Shown here piece by piece: positions 53,001 to 64,000 of a stretch of DNA of 64,000 bases; the stretch's first letter is position 1, and each line of letters starts with the position of its first letter. This DNA comes from Octopus vulgaris (Eukaryota): contig CATOCA020000012.1 in assembly GCA_951406725.2 (NCBI GenBank), positions 51,442-115,441 of the forward strand, in the 5' to 3' direction. The notes beneath the pieces are model-generated. The model ran no database searches, had not been told where the DNA came from, and was given only the letters and a program-made list of their open reading frames with translations. The position numbers were made by a program, and so were the translations under genes.

Positions 53001-56000
53001 CAGGCCAGGCCAGGCCAGGCCAGGCCAGGCCAGGCCAGGCCAGGCCAGGCCAGGCCAGGCCAGGCCAGGCCAGGCCAGGCCAGGCCAGGCCAGGCCAGGC
53101 CAGGCCAGGCCAGGCCAGGCCAGGCCAGGCCAGGCCAGGCCAGGCCAGGCCAGGCCAGGCCAGGCCAGGCCAGGCCAGGCCAGGCCAGGCCAGGCCAGGC
53201 CAGGCCAGGCCAGGCCAGGCCAGGCCAGGCCAGGCCAGGCCAGGCCAGGCCAGGCCAGGCCAGGCCAGGCCAGGCCAGGCCAGGCCAGGCCAGGCCAGGC
53301 CAGGCCAGGCCAGGCCAGGCCAGGCCAGCCAGGCCAGGCCAGGCCAGGCCAGGCCAGGCCAGGCCAGGGCCAGGCCAGGCCAGGCCAGGCCAGGCCAGGC
53401 CAGGCCAGGCCAGGCCAGGCCAGGCCAGGCCAGGCCAGGCCAGGCCAGGCCAGGCCAGGCCAGGCCAGGCCAGGCCAGGCCAGGCCAGGCCAGGCCAGGC
53501 CAGGCCAGGCCAGGCCAGGCCAGGCCAGGCCAGGCCAGGCCAGGCCAGGCCAGGCCAGGCCAGGCCAGGCCAGGCCAGGCCAGGCCAGGCCAGGCCAGGC
53601 CAGGCCAGGCCAGGCCAGGCCAGGCCAGGCCAGGCCAGGCCAGGCCAGGCCAGGCCAGGCCAGGCCAGGCCAGGCCAGGCCAGGCCAGGCCAGGCCAGGC
53701 CAGGCCAGGCCAGGCCAGGCCAGGCCAGGCCAGGCCAGGCCAGGCCAGGCCAGGCCAGGCCAGGCCAGGCCAGGCCAGGCCAGGCCAGGCCAGGCCAGGC
53801 CAGGCCAGGCCAGGCCAGGCCAGGCCAGGCCAGGCCAGGCCAGGCCAGGCCAGGCCAGGCCAGGCCAGGCCAGGCCAGGCCAGGCCAGGCCAGGCCAGGC
53901 CAGGCCAGGCCAGGCCAGGCCAGGCCAGGCCAGGCCAGGCCAGGCCAGGCCAGGCCAGGCCAGGCCAGGCCAGGCCAGGCCAGGCCAGGCCAGGCCAGGC
54001 CAGGCCAGGCCAGGCCAGGCCAGGCCAGGCCAGGCCAGGCCAGGCCAGGCCAGGCCAGGCCAGGCCAGGCCAGGCCAGGCCAGGCCAGGCCAGGCCAGGC
54101 CAGGCCAGGCCAGGCCAGGCCAGGCCAGGCCAGGCCAGGCCAGGCCAGGCCAGGCCAGGCCAGGCCAGGCCAGGCCAGGCCAGGCCAGGCCAGGCCAGGC
54201 CAGGCCAGGCCAGGCCAGGCCAGGCCAGGCCAGGCCAGGCCAGGCCAGGCCAGGCCAGGCCAGGCCAGGCCAGGCCAGGCCAGGCCAGGCCAGGCCAGGC
54301 CAGGCCAGGCCAGGCCAGGCCAGGCCAGGCCAGGCCAGGCCAGGCCAGGCCAGGCCAGGCCAGGCCAGGCCAGGCCAGGCCAGGCCAGGCCAGGCCAGGC
54401 CAGGCCAGGCCAGGCCAGGCCAGGCCAGGCCAGGCCAGGCCAGGCCAGGCGCCAGGCCAGGCCAGGCCAGGCCAGGCCAGGCCAGGCCAGGCCAGGCCAG
54501 GCCAGGCCAGGCCAGGCCAGGCCAGGCCAGGCCAGGCCAGGCCAGGCCAGGCCAGGCCAGGCCAGGCCAGGCCAGGCCAGGCCAGGCCAGGCCAGGCCAG
54601 GCCAGGCCAGGCCAGGCCAGGCCAGGCCAGGCCAGGCCAGGCCAGGCCAGGCCAGGCCAGGCCAGGCCAGGCCAGGCCAGGCCAGGCCAGGCCAGGCCAG
54701 GCCAGGCCAGGCCAGGCCAGGCCAGGCCAGGCCAGGCCAGGCCAGGCCAGGCCAGGCCAGGCCAGGCCAGGCCAGGCCAGGCCAGGCCAGGCCAGGCCAG
54801 GCCAGGCCAGGCCAGGCCAGGCCAGGCCAGGCCAGGCCAGGCCAGGCCAGGCCAGGCCAGGCCAGGCCAGGCCAGGCCAGGCCAGGCCAGGCCAGGCCAG
54901 GCCAGGCCAGGCCAGGCCAGGCCAGGCCAGGCCAGGCCAGGCCAGGCCAGGCCAGGCCAGGCCAGGCCAGGCCAGGCCAGGCCAGGCCAGGCCAGGCCAG
55001 GCCAGGCCAGGCCAGGCCAGGCCAGGCCAGGCCAGGCCAGGCCAGCCAGCCAGGCCAGGCCAGGCCAGGCCAGGCCAGGCCAGGCCAGGCCAGGCCAGGC
55101 CAGGCCAGGCCAGGCCAGGCCAGGCCAGGCCAGGCCAGGCCAGGCCAGGCCAGGCCAGGCCAGGCCAGGCCAGGCCAGGCCAGGCCAGGCCAGGCCAGGC
55201 CAGGCCAGGCCAGGCCAGGCCAGGCCAGGCCAGGCCAGGCCAGGCCAGGCCAGGCCAGGCCAGGCCAGGCCAGGCCAGGCCAGGCCAGGCCAGGCCAGGC
55301 CAGGCCAGGCCAGGCCAGGCCAGGCCAGGCCAGGCCAGGCCAGGCCAGGCCAGGCCAGGCCAGGCCAGGCCAGGCCAGGCCAGGCCAGGCCAGGCCAGGC
55401 CAGGCCAGGCCAGGCCAGGCCAGGCCAGGCCAGGCCAGGCCAGGCCAGGCCAGGCCAGGCCAGGCCAGGCCAGGCCAGGCCAGGCCAGGCCAGGCCAGGC
55501 CAGGCCAGGCCAGGCCAGGCCAGGCCAGGCCAGGCCAGGCCAGGCCAGGCCAGGCCAGGCCAGGCCAGGCCAGGCCAGGCCAGGCCAGGCCAGGCCAGGC
55601 CAGGCCAGGCCAGGCCAGGCCAGGCCAGGCCAGGCCAGGCCAGGCCAGGCCAGGCCAGGCCAGGCCAGGCCAGGCCAGGCCAGGCCAGGCCAGGCCAGGC
55701 CAGGCCAGGCCAGGCCAGGCCAGGCCAGGCCAGGCCAGGCCAGGCCAGGCCAGGCCAGGCCAGGCCAGGCCAGGCCAGGCCAGGCCAGGCCAGGCCAGGC
55801 CAGGCCAGGCCAGGCCAGGCCAGGCCAGGCCAGGCCAGGCCAGGCCAGGCCAGGCCAGGCCAGGCCAGGCCAGGCCAGGCCAGGCCAGGCCAGGCCAGGC
55901 CAGGCCAGGCCAGGCCAGGCCAGGCCAGGCCAGGCCAGGCCAGGCCAGGCCAGGCCAGGCCAGGCCAGGCCAGGCCAGGCCAGGCCAGGCCAGGCCAGCC

Positions 56001-59000
56001 AGGCCAGGGCCAGGCCAGGCCAGGCCAGGCCAGGCCAGGCCAGGCCAGGCCAGGCCAGGCCAGGCCAGGCCAGGCCAGGCCAGGCCAGGCCAGGCCAGGC
56101 CAGGCCAGGCCAGGCCAGGCCAGGCCAGGCCAGGCCAGGCCAGGCCAGGCCAGGCCAGGCCAGGCCAGGCCAGGCCAGGCCAGGCCAGGCCAGGCCAGGC
56201 CAGGCCAGGCCAGGCCAGGCCAGGCCAGGCCAGGCCAGGCCAGGCCAGGCCAGGCCAGGCCAGGCCAGGCCAGGCCAGGCCAGGCCAGGCCAGGCCAGGC
56301 CAGGCCAGGCCAGGCCAGGCCAGGCCAGGCCAGGCCAGGCCAGGCCAGGCCAGGCCAGGCCAGGCCAGGCCAGGCCAGGCCAGGCCAGGCCAGGCCAGGC
56401 CAGGCCAGGCCAGGCCAGGCCAGGCCAGGCCAGGCCAGGCCAGGCCAGGCCAGGCCAGGCCAGGCCAGGCCAGGCCAGGCCAGGCCAGGCCAGGCCAGGC
56501 CAGGCCAGGCCAGGCCAGGCCAGGCCAGGCCAGGCCAGGCCAGGCCAGGCCAGGCCAGGCCAGGCCAGGCCAGGCCAGGCCAGGCCAGGCCAGGCCAGGC
56601 CAGGCCAGGCCAGGCCAGGCCAGGCCAGGCCAGGCCAGGCCAGGCCAGGCCAGGCCAGGCCAGGCCAGGCCAGGCCAGGCCAGGCCAGGCCAGGCCAGGC
56701 CAGGCCAGGCCAGGCCAGGCCAGGCCAGGCCAGGCCAGGCCAGGCCAGGCCAGGCCAGGCCAGGCCAGGCCAGGCCAGGCCAGGCCAGGCCAGGCCAGGC
56801 CAGGCCAGGCCAGGCCAGGCCAGGCCAGGCCAGGCCAGGCCAGGCCAGGCCAGGCCAGGCCAGGCCAGGCCAGGCCAGGCCAGGCCAGGCCAGGCCAGGC
56901 CAGGCCAGGCCAGGCCAGGCCAGGCCAGGCCAGGCCAGGCCAGGCCAGGCCAGGCCAGGCCAGGCCAGGCCAGGCCAGGCCAGGCCAGGCCAGGCCAGGC
57001 CAGGCCAGGCCAGGCCAGGCCAGGCCAGGCCAGGCCAGGCCAGGCCAGGCCAGGCCCAGGCCAGGCGCCAGGCCAGGCCAGGCCAGGCCAGGCCAGGCCA
57101 GGCCAGGCCAGGCCAGGCCAGGCCAGGCCAGGCCAGGCCAGGCCAGGCCAGGCCAGGCCAGGCCAGGCCAGGCCAGGCCAGGCCAGGCCAGGCCAGGCCA
57201 GGCCAGGCCAGGCCAGGCCAGGCCAGGCCAGGCCAGGCCAGGCCAGGCCAGGCCAGGCCAGGCCAGGCCAGGCCAGGCCAGGCCAGGCCAGGCCAGGCCA
57301 GGCCAGGCCAGGCCAGGCCAGGCCAGGCCAGGCCAGGCCAGGCCAGGCCAGGCCAGGCCAGGCCAGGCCAGGCCAGGCCAGGCCAGGCCAGGCCAGGCCA
57401 GGCCAGGCCAGGCCAGGCCAGGCCAGGCCAGGCCAGGCCAGGCCAGGCCAGGCCAGGCCAGGCCAGGCCAGGCCAGGCCAGGCCAGGCCAGGCCAGGCCA
57501 GGCCAGGGCCAGGCCAGGCCAGGCCAGGCCAGGCCAGGCCAGGCCAGGCCAGGCCAGGCCAGGCCAGGCCAGGCCAGGCCAGGCCAGGCCAGGCCAGGCC
57601 AGGCCAGGCCAGGCCAGGCCAGGCCAGGCCAGGCCAGGCCAGGCCAGGCCAGGCCAGGCCAGGCCAGGCCAGGCCAGGCCAGGCCAGGCCAGGCCAGGCC
57701 AGGCCAGGCCAGGCCAGGCCAGGCCAGGCCAGGCCAGGCCAGGCCAGGCCAGGCCAGGCCAGGCCAGGCCAGGCCAGGCCAGGCCAGGCCAGGCCAGGCC
57801 AGGCCAGGCCAGGCCAGGCCAGGCCAGGCCAGGCCAGGCCAGGCCAGGCCAGGCCAGGCCAGGCCAGGCCAGGCCAGGCCAGGCCAGGCCAGGCCAGGCC
57901 AGGCCAGGCCAGGCCAGGCCAGGCCAGGCCAGGCCAGGCCAGGCCAGGCCAGGCCAGGCCAGGCCAGGCCAGGCCAGGCCAGGCCAGGCCAGGCCAGGCC
58001 AGGCCAGGCCAGGCCAGGCCAGGCCAGGCCAGGCCAGGCCAGGCCAGGCCAGGCCAGGCCAGGCCAGGCCAGGCCAGGCCAGGCCAGGCCAGGCCAGGCC
58101 AGGCCAGGCCAGGCCAGGCCAGGCCAGGCCAGGCCAGGCCAGGCCAGGCCAGGCCAGGCCAGGCCAGGCCAGGCCAGGCCAGGCCAGGCCAGGCCAGGCC
58201 AGGCCAGGCCAGGCCAGGCCAGGCCAGGCCAGGCCAGGCCAGGCCAGGCCAGGCCAGGCCAGGCCAGGCCAGGCCAGGCCAGGCCAGGCCAGGCCAGGCC
58301 AGGCCAGGCCAGGCCAGGCCAGGCCAGGCCAGGCCAGGCCAGGCCAGGCCAGGCCAGGCCAGGCCAGGCCAGGCCAGGCCAGGCCAGGCCAGGCCAGGCC
58401 AGGCCAGGCCAGGCCAGGCCAGGCCAGGCCAGGCCAGGCCAGGCCAGGCCAGGCCAGGCCAGGCCAGGCCAGGCCAGGCCAGGCCAGGCCAGGCCAGGCC
58501 AGGCCAGGCCAGGCCAGGCCAGGCCAGGCCAGGCCAGGCCAGGCCAGGCCAGGCCAGGCCAGGCCAGGCCAGGCCAGGCCAGGCCAGGCCAGGCCAGGCC
58601 AGGCCAGGCCAGGCCAGGCCAGGCCAGGCCAGGCCAGGCCAGGCCAGGCCAGGCCAGGCCAGGCCAGGCCAGGCCAGGGCCAGGGCCAGGCCAGGCCAGG
58701 CCAGGCCAGGCCAGGCCAGGCCAGGCCAGGCCAGGCCAGGCCAGGCCAGGCCAGGCCAGGCCAGGCCAGGCCAGGCCAGGCCAGGCCAGGCCAGGCCAGG
58801 CCAGGCCAGGCCAGGCCAGGCCAGGCCAGGCCAGGCCAGGCCAGGCCAGGCCAGGCCAGGCCAGGCCAGGCCAGGCCAGGCCAGGCCAGGCCAGGCCAGG
58901 CCAGGCCAGGCCAGGCCAGGCCAGGCCAGGCCAGGCCAGGCCAGGCCAGGCCAGGCCAGGCCAGGCCAGGCCAGGCCAGGCCAGGCCAGGCCAGGCCAGG

Positions 59001-62000
59001 CCAGGGCCAGGCCAGGCCAGGCCAGGCCAGGCCAGGCCAGGCCAGGCCAGGCCAGGCCAGGCCAGGCCAGGCCAGGCCAGGCCAGGCCAGGCCAGGCCAG
59101 GCCAGGCCAGGCCAGGCCAGGCCAGGCCAGGCCAGGCCAGGCCAGGCCAGGCCAGGCCAGGCCAGGCCAGGCCAGGCCAGGCCAGGCCAGGCCAGGCCAG
59201 GCCAGGCCAGGCCAGGCCAGGCCAGGCCAGGCCAGGCCAGGCCAGGCCAGGCCAGGCCAGGCCAGGCCAGGCCAGGCCAGGCCAGGCCAGGCCAGGCCAG
59301 GCCAGGCCAGGCCAGGCCAGGCCAGGCCAGGCCAGGCCAGGCCAGGCCAGGCCAGGCCAGGCCAGGCCAGGCCAGGCCAGGCCAGGCCAGGCCAGGCCAG
59401 GCCAGGGCCAGGCCAGGCCAGGCCAGGCCAGGCCAGGCCAGGCCAGGCCAGGCCAGGCCAGGCCAGGCCAGGCCAGGCCAGGCCAGGCCAGGCCAGGCCA
59501 GGCCAGGCCAGGCCAGGCCAGGCCAGGCCAGGCCAGGCCAGGCCAGGCCAGGCCAGGCCAGGCCAGGCCAGGCCAGGCCAGGCCAGGCCAGGCCAGGCCA
59601 GGCCAGGCCAGGCCAGGCCAGGCCAGGCCAGGCCAGGCCAGGCCAGGCCAGGCCAGGCCAGGCCAGGCCAGGCCAGGCCAGGCCAGGCCAGGCCAGGCCA
59701 GGCCAGGCCAGGCCAGGCCAGGCCAGGCCAGGCCAGGCCAGGCCAGGCCAGGCCAGGCCAGGCCAGGCCAGGCCAGGCCAGGCCAGGCCAGGCCAGGCCA
59801 GGCCAGGCCAGGCCAGGCCAGGCCAGGCCAGGCCAGGCCAGGCCAGGCCAGGCCAGGCCAGGCCAGGCCAGGCCAGGCCAGGCCAGGCCAGGCCAGGCCA
59901 GGCCAGGCCAGGCCAGGCCAGGCCAGGCCAGGCCAGGCCAGGCCAGGCCAGGCCAGGCCAGGCCAGGCCAGGCCAGGCCAGGCCAGGCCAGGCCAGGCCA
60001 GGCCAGGCCAGGCCAGGCCAGGCCAGGCCAGGCCAGGCCAGGCCAGGCCAGGCCAGGCCAGGCCAGGCCAGGCCAGGCCAGGCCAGGCCAGGCCAGGCCA
60101 GGCCAGGCCAGGCCAGGCCAGGCCAGGCCAGGCCAGGCCAGGCCAGGCCAGGCCAGGCCAGGCCAGGCCAGGCCAGGCCAGGCCAGGCCAGGCCAGGCCA
60201 GGCCAGGCCAGGCCAGGCCAGGCCAGGCCAGGCCAGGCCAGGCCAGGCCAGGCCAGGGCCAGGCCAGGCCAGGCCAGGCCAGGCCAGGCCAGGCCAGGCC
60301 AGGCCAGGCCAGGCCAGGCCAGGCCAGGCCAGGCCAGGCCAGGCCAGGCCAGGCCAGGCCAGGCCAGGCCAGGCCAGGCCAGGCCAGGCCAGGCCAGGCC
60401 AGGCCAGGCCAGGCCAGGCCAGGCCAGGCCAGGCCAGGCCAGGCCAGGCCAGGCCAGGCCAGGCCAGGCCAGGCCAGGCCAGGCCAGGCCAGGCCAGGCC
60501 AGGCCAGGCCAGGCCAGGCCAGGCCAGGCCAGGCCAGGCCAGGCCAGGCCAGGCCAGGCCAGGCCAGGCCAGGCCAGGCCAGGCCAGGCCAGGCCAGGCC
60601 AGGCCAGGCCAGGCCAGGCCAGGCCAGGCCAGGCCAGGCCAGGCCAGGCCAGGCCAGGCCAGGCCAGGCCAGGCCAGGCCAGGCCAGGCCAGGCCAGGCC
60701 AGGCCAGGCCAGGCCAGGCCAGGCCAGGCCAGGCCAGGCCAGGCCAGGCCAGGCCAGGCCAGGCCAGGCCAGGCCAGGCCAGGCCAGGCCAGGCCAGGCC
60801 AGGCCAGGCCAGGCCAGGCCAGGCCAGGCCAGGCCAGGGCCAGGCCAGGCCAGGCCAGGCCAGGCCAGGCCAGGCCAGGCCAGGCCAGGCCAGGCCAGGC
60901 CAGGCCAGGCCAGGCCAGGCCAGGCCAGGCCAGGCCAGGCCAGGCCAGGCCAGGCCAGGCCAGGCCAGGCCAGGCCAGGCCAGGCCAGGCCAGGCCAGGC
61001 CAGGCCAGGCCAGGCCAGGCCAGGCCAGGCCAGGCCAGGCCAGGCCAGGCCAGGCCAGGCCAGGCCAGGCCAGGCCAGGCCAGGCCAGGCCAGGCCAGGC
61101 CAGGCCAGGCCAGGCCAGGCCAGGCCAGGCCAGGCCAGGCCAGGCCAGGCCAGGCCAGGCCAGGCCAGGCCAGGCCAGGCCAGGCCAGGCCAGGCCAGGC
61201 CAGGCCAGGCCAGGCCAGGCCAGGCCAGGCCAGGCCAGGCCAGGCCAGGCCAGGCCAGGCCAGGCCAGGCCAGGCCAGGCCAGGCCAGGCCAGGCCAGGC
61301 CAGGCCAGGCCAGGCCAGGCCAGGCCAGGCCAGGCCAGGCCAGGCCAGGCCAGGCCAGGCCAGGCCAGGCCAGGCCAGGCCAGGCCAGGCCAGGCCAGGC
61401 CAGGCCAGGCCAGGCCAGGCCAGGCCAGGCCAGGCCAGGCCAGGCCAGGCCAGGCCAGGCCAGGCCAGGCCAGGCCAGGCCAGGCCAGGCCAGGCCAGGC
61501 CAGGCCAGGCCAGGCCAGGCCAGGCCAGGCCAGGCCAGGCCAGGCCAGGCCAGGCCAGGCCAGGCCAGGCCAGGCCAGGCCAGGCCAGGCCAGGCCAGGC
61601 CAGGCCAGGCCAGGCCAGGCCAGGCCAGGCCAGGCCAGGCCAGGCCAGGCCAGGCCAGGCCAGGCCAGGCCAGGCCAGGCCAGGCCAGGCCAGGCCAGGC
61701 CAGGCCAGGCCAGGCCAGGCCAGGCCAGGCCAGGCCAGGCCAGGCCAGGCCAGGCCAGGCCAGGCCAGGCCAGGCCAGGCCAGGCCAGGCCAGGCCAGGC
61801 CAGGCCAGGCCAGGCCAGGCCAGGCCAGGCCAGGCCAGGCCAGGCCAGGCCAGGCCAGGCCAGGCCAGGCCAGGCCAGGCCAGGCCAGGCCAGGCCAGGC
61901 CAGGCCAGGCCAGGCCAGGCCAGGCCAGGCCAGGCCAGGCCAGGCCAGGCCAGGCCAGGCCAGGCCAGGCCAGGCCAGGCCAGGCCAGGCCAGGCCAGGC

Positions 62001-63027
62001 CAGGCCAGGCCAGGCCAGGCCAGGCCAGGCCAGGCCAGGCCAGGCCAGGCCAGGCCAGGCCAGGCCAGGCCAGGCCAGGCCAGGCCAGGCCAGGCCAGGC
62101 CAGGCCAGGCCAGGCCAGGCCAGGCCAGGCCAGGCCAGGCCAGGCCAGGCCAGGCCAGGGCCAGGCCAGGCCAGGCCAGGCCAGGCCAGGCCAGGCCAGG
62201 CCAGGCCAGGCCAGGCCAGGCCAGGCCAGGCCAGGCCAGGCCAGGCCAGGCCAGGCCAGGCCAGGCCAGGCCAGGCCAGGCCAGGCCAGGCCAGGCCAGG
62301 CCAGGCCAGGCCAGGCCAGGCCAGGCCAGGCCAGGCCAGGCCAGGCCAGGCCAGGCCAGGCCAGGCCAGGCCAGGCCAGGGCCAGGCCAGGCCAGGCCAG
62401 GCCAGGCCAGGCCAGGCCAGGCCAGGCCAGGCCAGGCCAGGCCAGGCCAGGCCAGGCCAGGCCAGGCCAGGCCAGGCCAGGCCAGGCCAGGCCAGGCCAG
62501 GCCAGGCCAGGCCAGGCCAGGCCAGGCCAGGCCAGGCCAGGCCAGGCCAGGCCAGAGGCCAGGCCAGCCAGGCCAGGCCAGGCCAGGCCAGGCCAGGCCA
62601 GGCCAGGCCAGGCCAGGCCAGGCCAGGCCAGGCCAGGCCAGGCCAGGCCAGGCCAGGCCAGGCCAGGCCAGGCCAGGCCAGGCCAGGCCAGGCCAGGCCA
62701 GGCCAGGCCAGGCCAGGCCAGGCCAGGCCAGGCCAGGCCAGGCCAGGCCAGGCCAGGCCAGGCCAGGCCAGGCCAGGCCAGGCCAGGCCAGGCCAGGCCA
62801 GGCCAGGCCAGGCCAGGCCAGGCCAGGCCAGGCCAGGCCAGGCCAGGCCAGGCCAGGCCAGGCCAGGCCAGGCCAGGCCAGGCCAGGCCAGGCCAGGCCA
62901 GGCCAGGCCAGGCCAGGCCAGGCCAGGCCAGGCCAGGCCAGGCCAGGCCAGGCCAGGCCAGGCCAGGCCAGGCCAGGCCAGGCCAGGCCAGGCCAGGCCA
63001 GGCCAGGCCAGGCCAGGCCAGGCCAGG
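50018..63027 (+). repeat. ~13-kb (CCAGG)n array (~2600 units) with scattered CCAGGG; possibly miscalled (TTAGGG)n
   Basis: Direct read; flanked by TTAGGG on both sides and located where the mirror arm has (CCCTAA)n. Confidence 0.9.
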
Positions 63028-63030
63028 GAG

Positions 63031-63181
63031 GGTTAGGTTTAGGGTTAGGGTTTGGGTTAGGGTTAGGGTTAGGGTTGGGGTTGGGGTTGGGGTTGGGGTT
63101 GGGGTTGGGGTTGGGGTTGGGGTTAGGTTTAGGTTTAGGGTTAGGGTTAGGGTTAGGGTTAGGGTTAGGGTTAGGGTTAGG
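63031..63181 (+). repeat. (TTAGGG)n/(TTGGGG)n telomere-type tract
   Basis: Direct read. Confidence 0.92.
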
Positions 63182-63205
63182 TGTTTGAACCGAGTCAAGT
63201 GTGAA

Positions 63206-64000
63206 ATGGAGCCTGTTGAGTGTCGAGCAGTGATCCGGTTTTTGTATTTGAAAGGATCCACACCACGGGAGACTTTTGATGAAATGAAAGTAACTTATGG
63301 TGATGATGCCCCATCATATGACCTTGTAAAACGCTGGCATCGTGAATTCAAACATGGTCGGAACTCTGTGGAAACAGCTCCCAGATCTGGTCGCCCTTTC
63401 TGCCATTGATGAGGCATCTGTCCGTCAAGTTGAGGCTGCCATTTTGGAAGATCGATGCATAATTATTCGCCAAATAGCCCATGAGGTCAAGATTAGTACC
63501 AGGTCTGTGGAAACTATCATTCATGACCATTTGCATATGCAAAAGGTGTCTGCCAGATGGATTCCCAGGTTGCTCACGCCTTTCCAGAAGCAAGAACGCG
63601 TCGAGTGCTCGAGGGTGAATTTGGAGATGTGCCAAGAAGATGAGTCAAAATTTTTCAAAAGACTGATTACACAAGATGAAACCTGGGTCCATCACGATGA
63701 TCCAGAGACCAAAGCCCAGTCAATGCACCGTGGCTCACCCCCTCCAAAGAAGGCAAGGGTGCAGCCCTCCGCTGGCAAGATCATGCTCACAGTCTTCTGG
63801 GACCAGGACGGAGTAGTGATGACAGATTTCTTGGCAAAGGGTACCACAATTGCAGGAGCCTATTATGCTTCACTTTTGAGGAAATTAAGAGAAGTTATCA
63901 AAATGAAGAGGCGGGGCAAGTTCAGCAAAGGCATCCTCCTCCTGCAGGACAACACTCCGGTCCACAACTCGCTTGTCGCCAGATCAGAAGCACAGGCGTA
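63206..64000 (+). mobile_element. Mariner (Tc1/mariner) transposase pseudogene, frameshifted, runs off the window; no 5' TIR visible
   Basis: MEPVECRAVIRFL...VKRWHREFK.GR.S.E.APRSGRP (HTH region), frameshift ~63398, then KVSARWIPRLLT, ITQDETWVHH, SAGKIMLTVFWD, ILLLQDN. Confidence 0.93.

Noticed and set aside
49897-63409. Four ORFs of more than 4300 aa (ARPGQ / WPGLA repeats), one apparently fused to the mariner N-terminus
   Set aside because: (CCAGG)n has no stop codon in any frame on either strand; these are repeat translations and the fusion is a coincidence of frame

Overview
Eukaryotic, repeat-dominated DNA with no intact protein-coding gene. The tRNA-headed SINE families look octopus-like to me (inference from remembered sequence, not a search result). 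The main structure is a ~40-kb imperfect palindrome, 10001-26785 | 724-bp spacer | 27510-~49920, capped by outward-facing telomere repeats: (CCCTAA)n on the left and TTAGGG on the right, running into a 13-kb (CCAGG)n tract that may be a miscalled telomere. From outside in, each arm carries an AT-rich ~105-bp hairpin-forming repeat, a LINE RT pseudogene, SINE/CA-rich modules, a 10-15-kb 15-bp satellite, a 34-bp minisatellite and a Penelope-like RT fragment. A near-identical third copy of the outer left arm (2917-9900) sits before a 100-N gap. At both edges of the window a TTAGGG tract abuts a truncated coding sequence: a putative death-domain exon at 389-528 and a mariner transposase from 63206. 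Nearly all ORFs in the supplied track are translations of tandem repeats.
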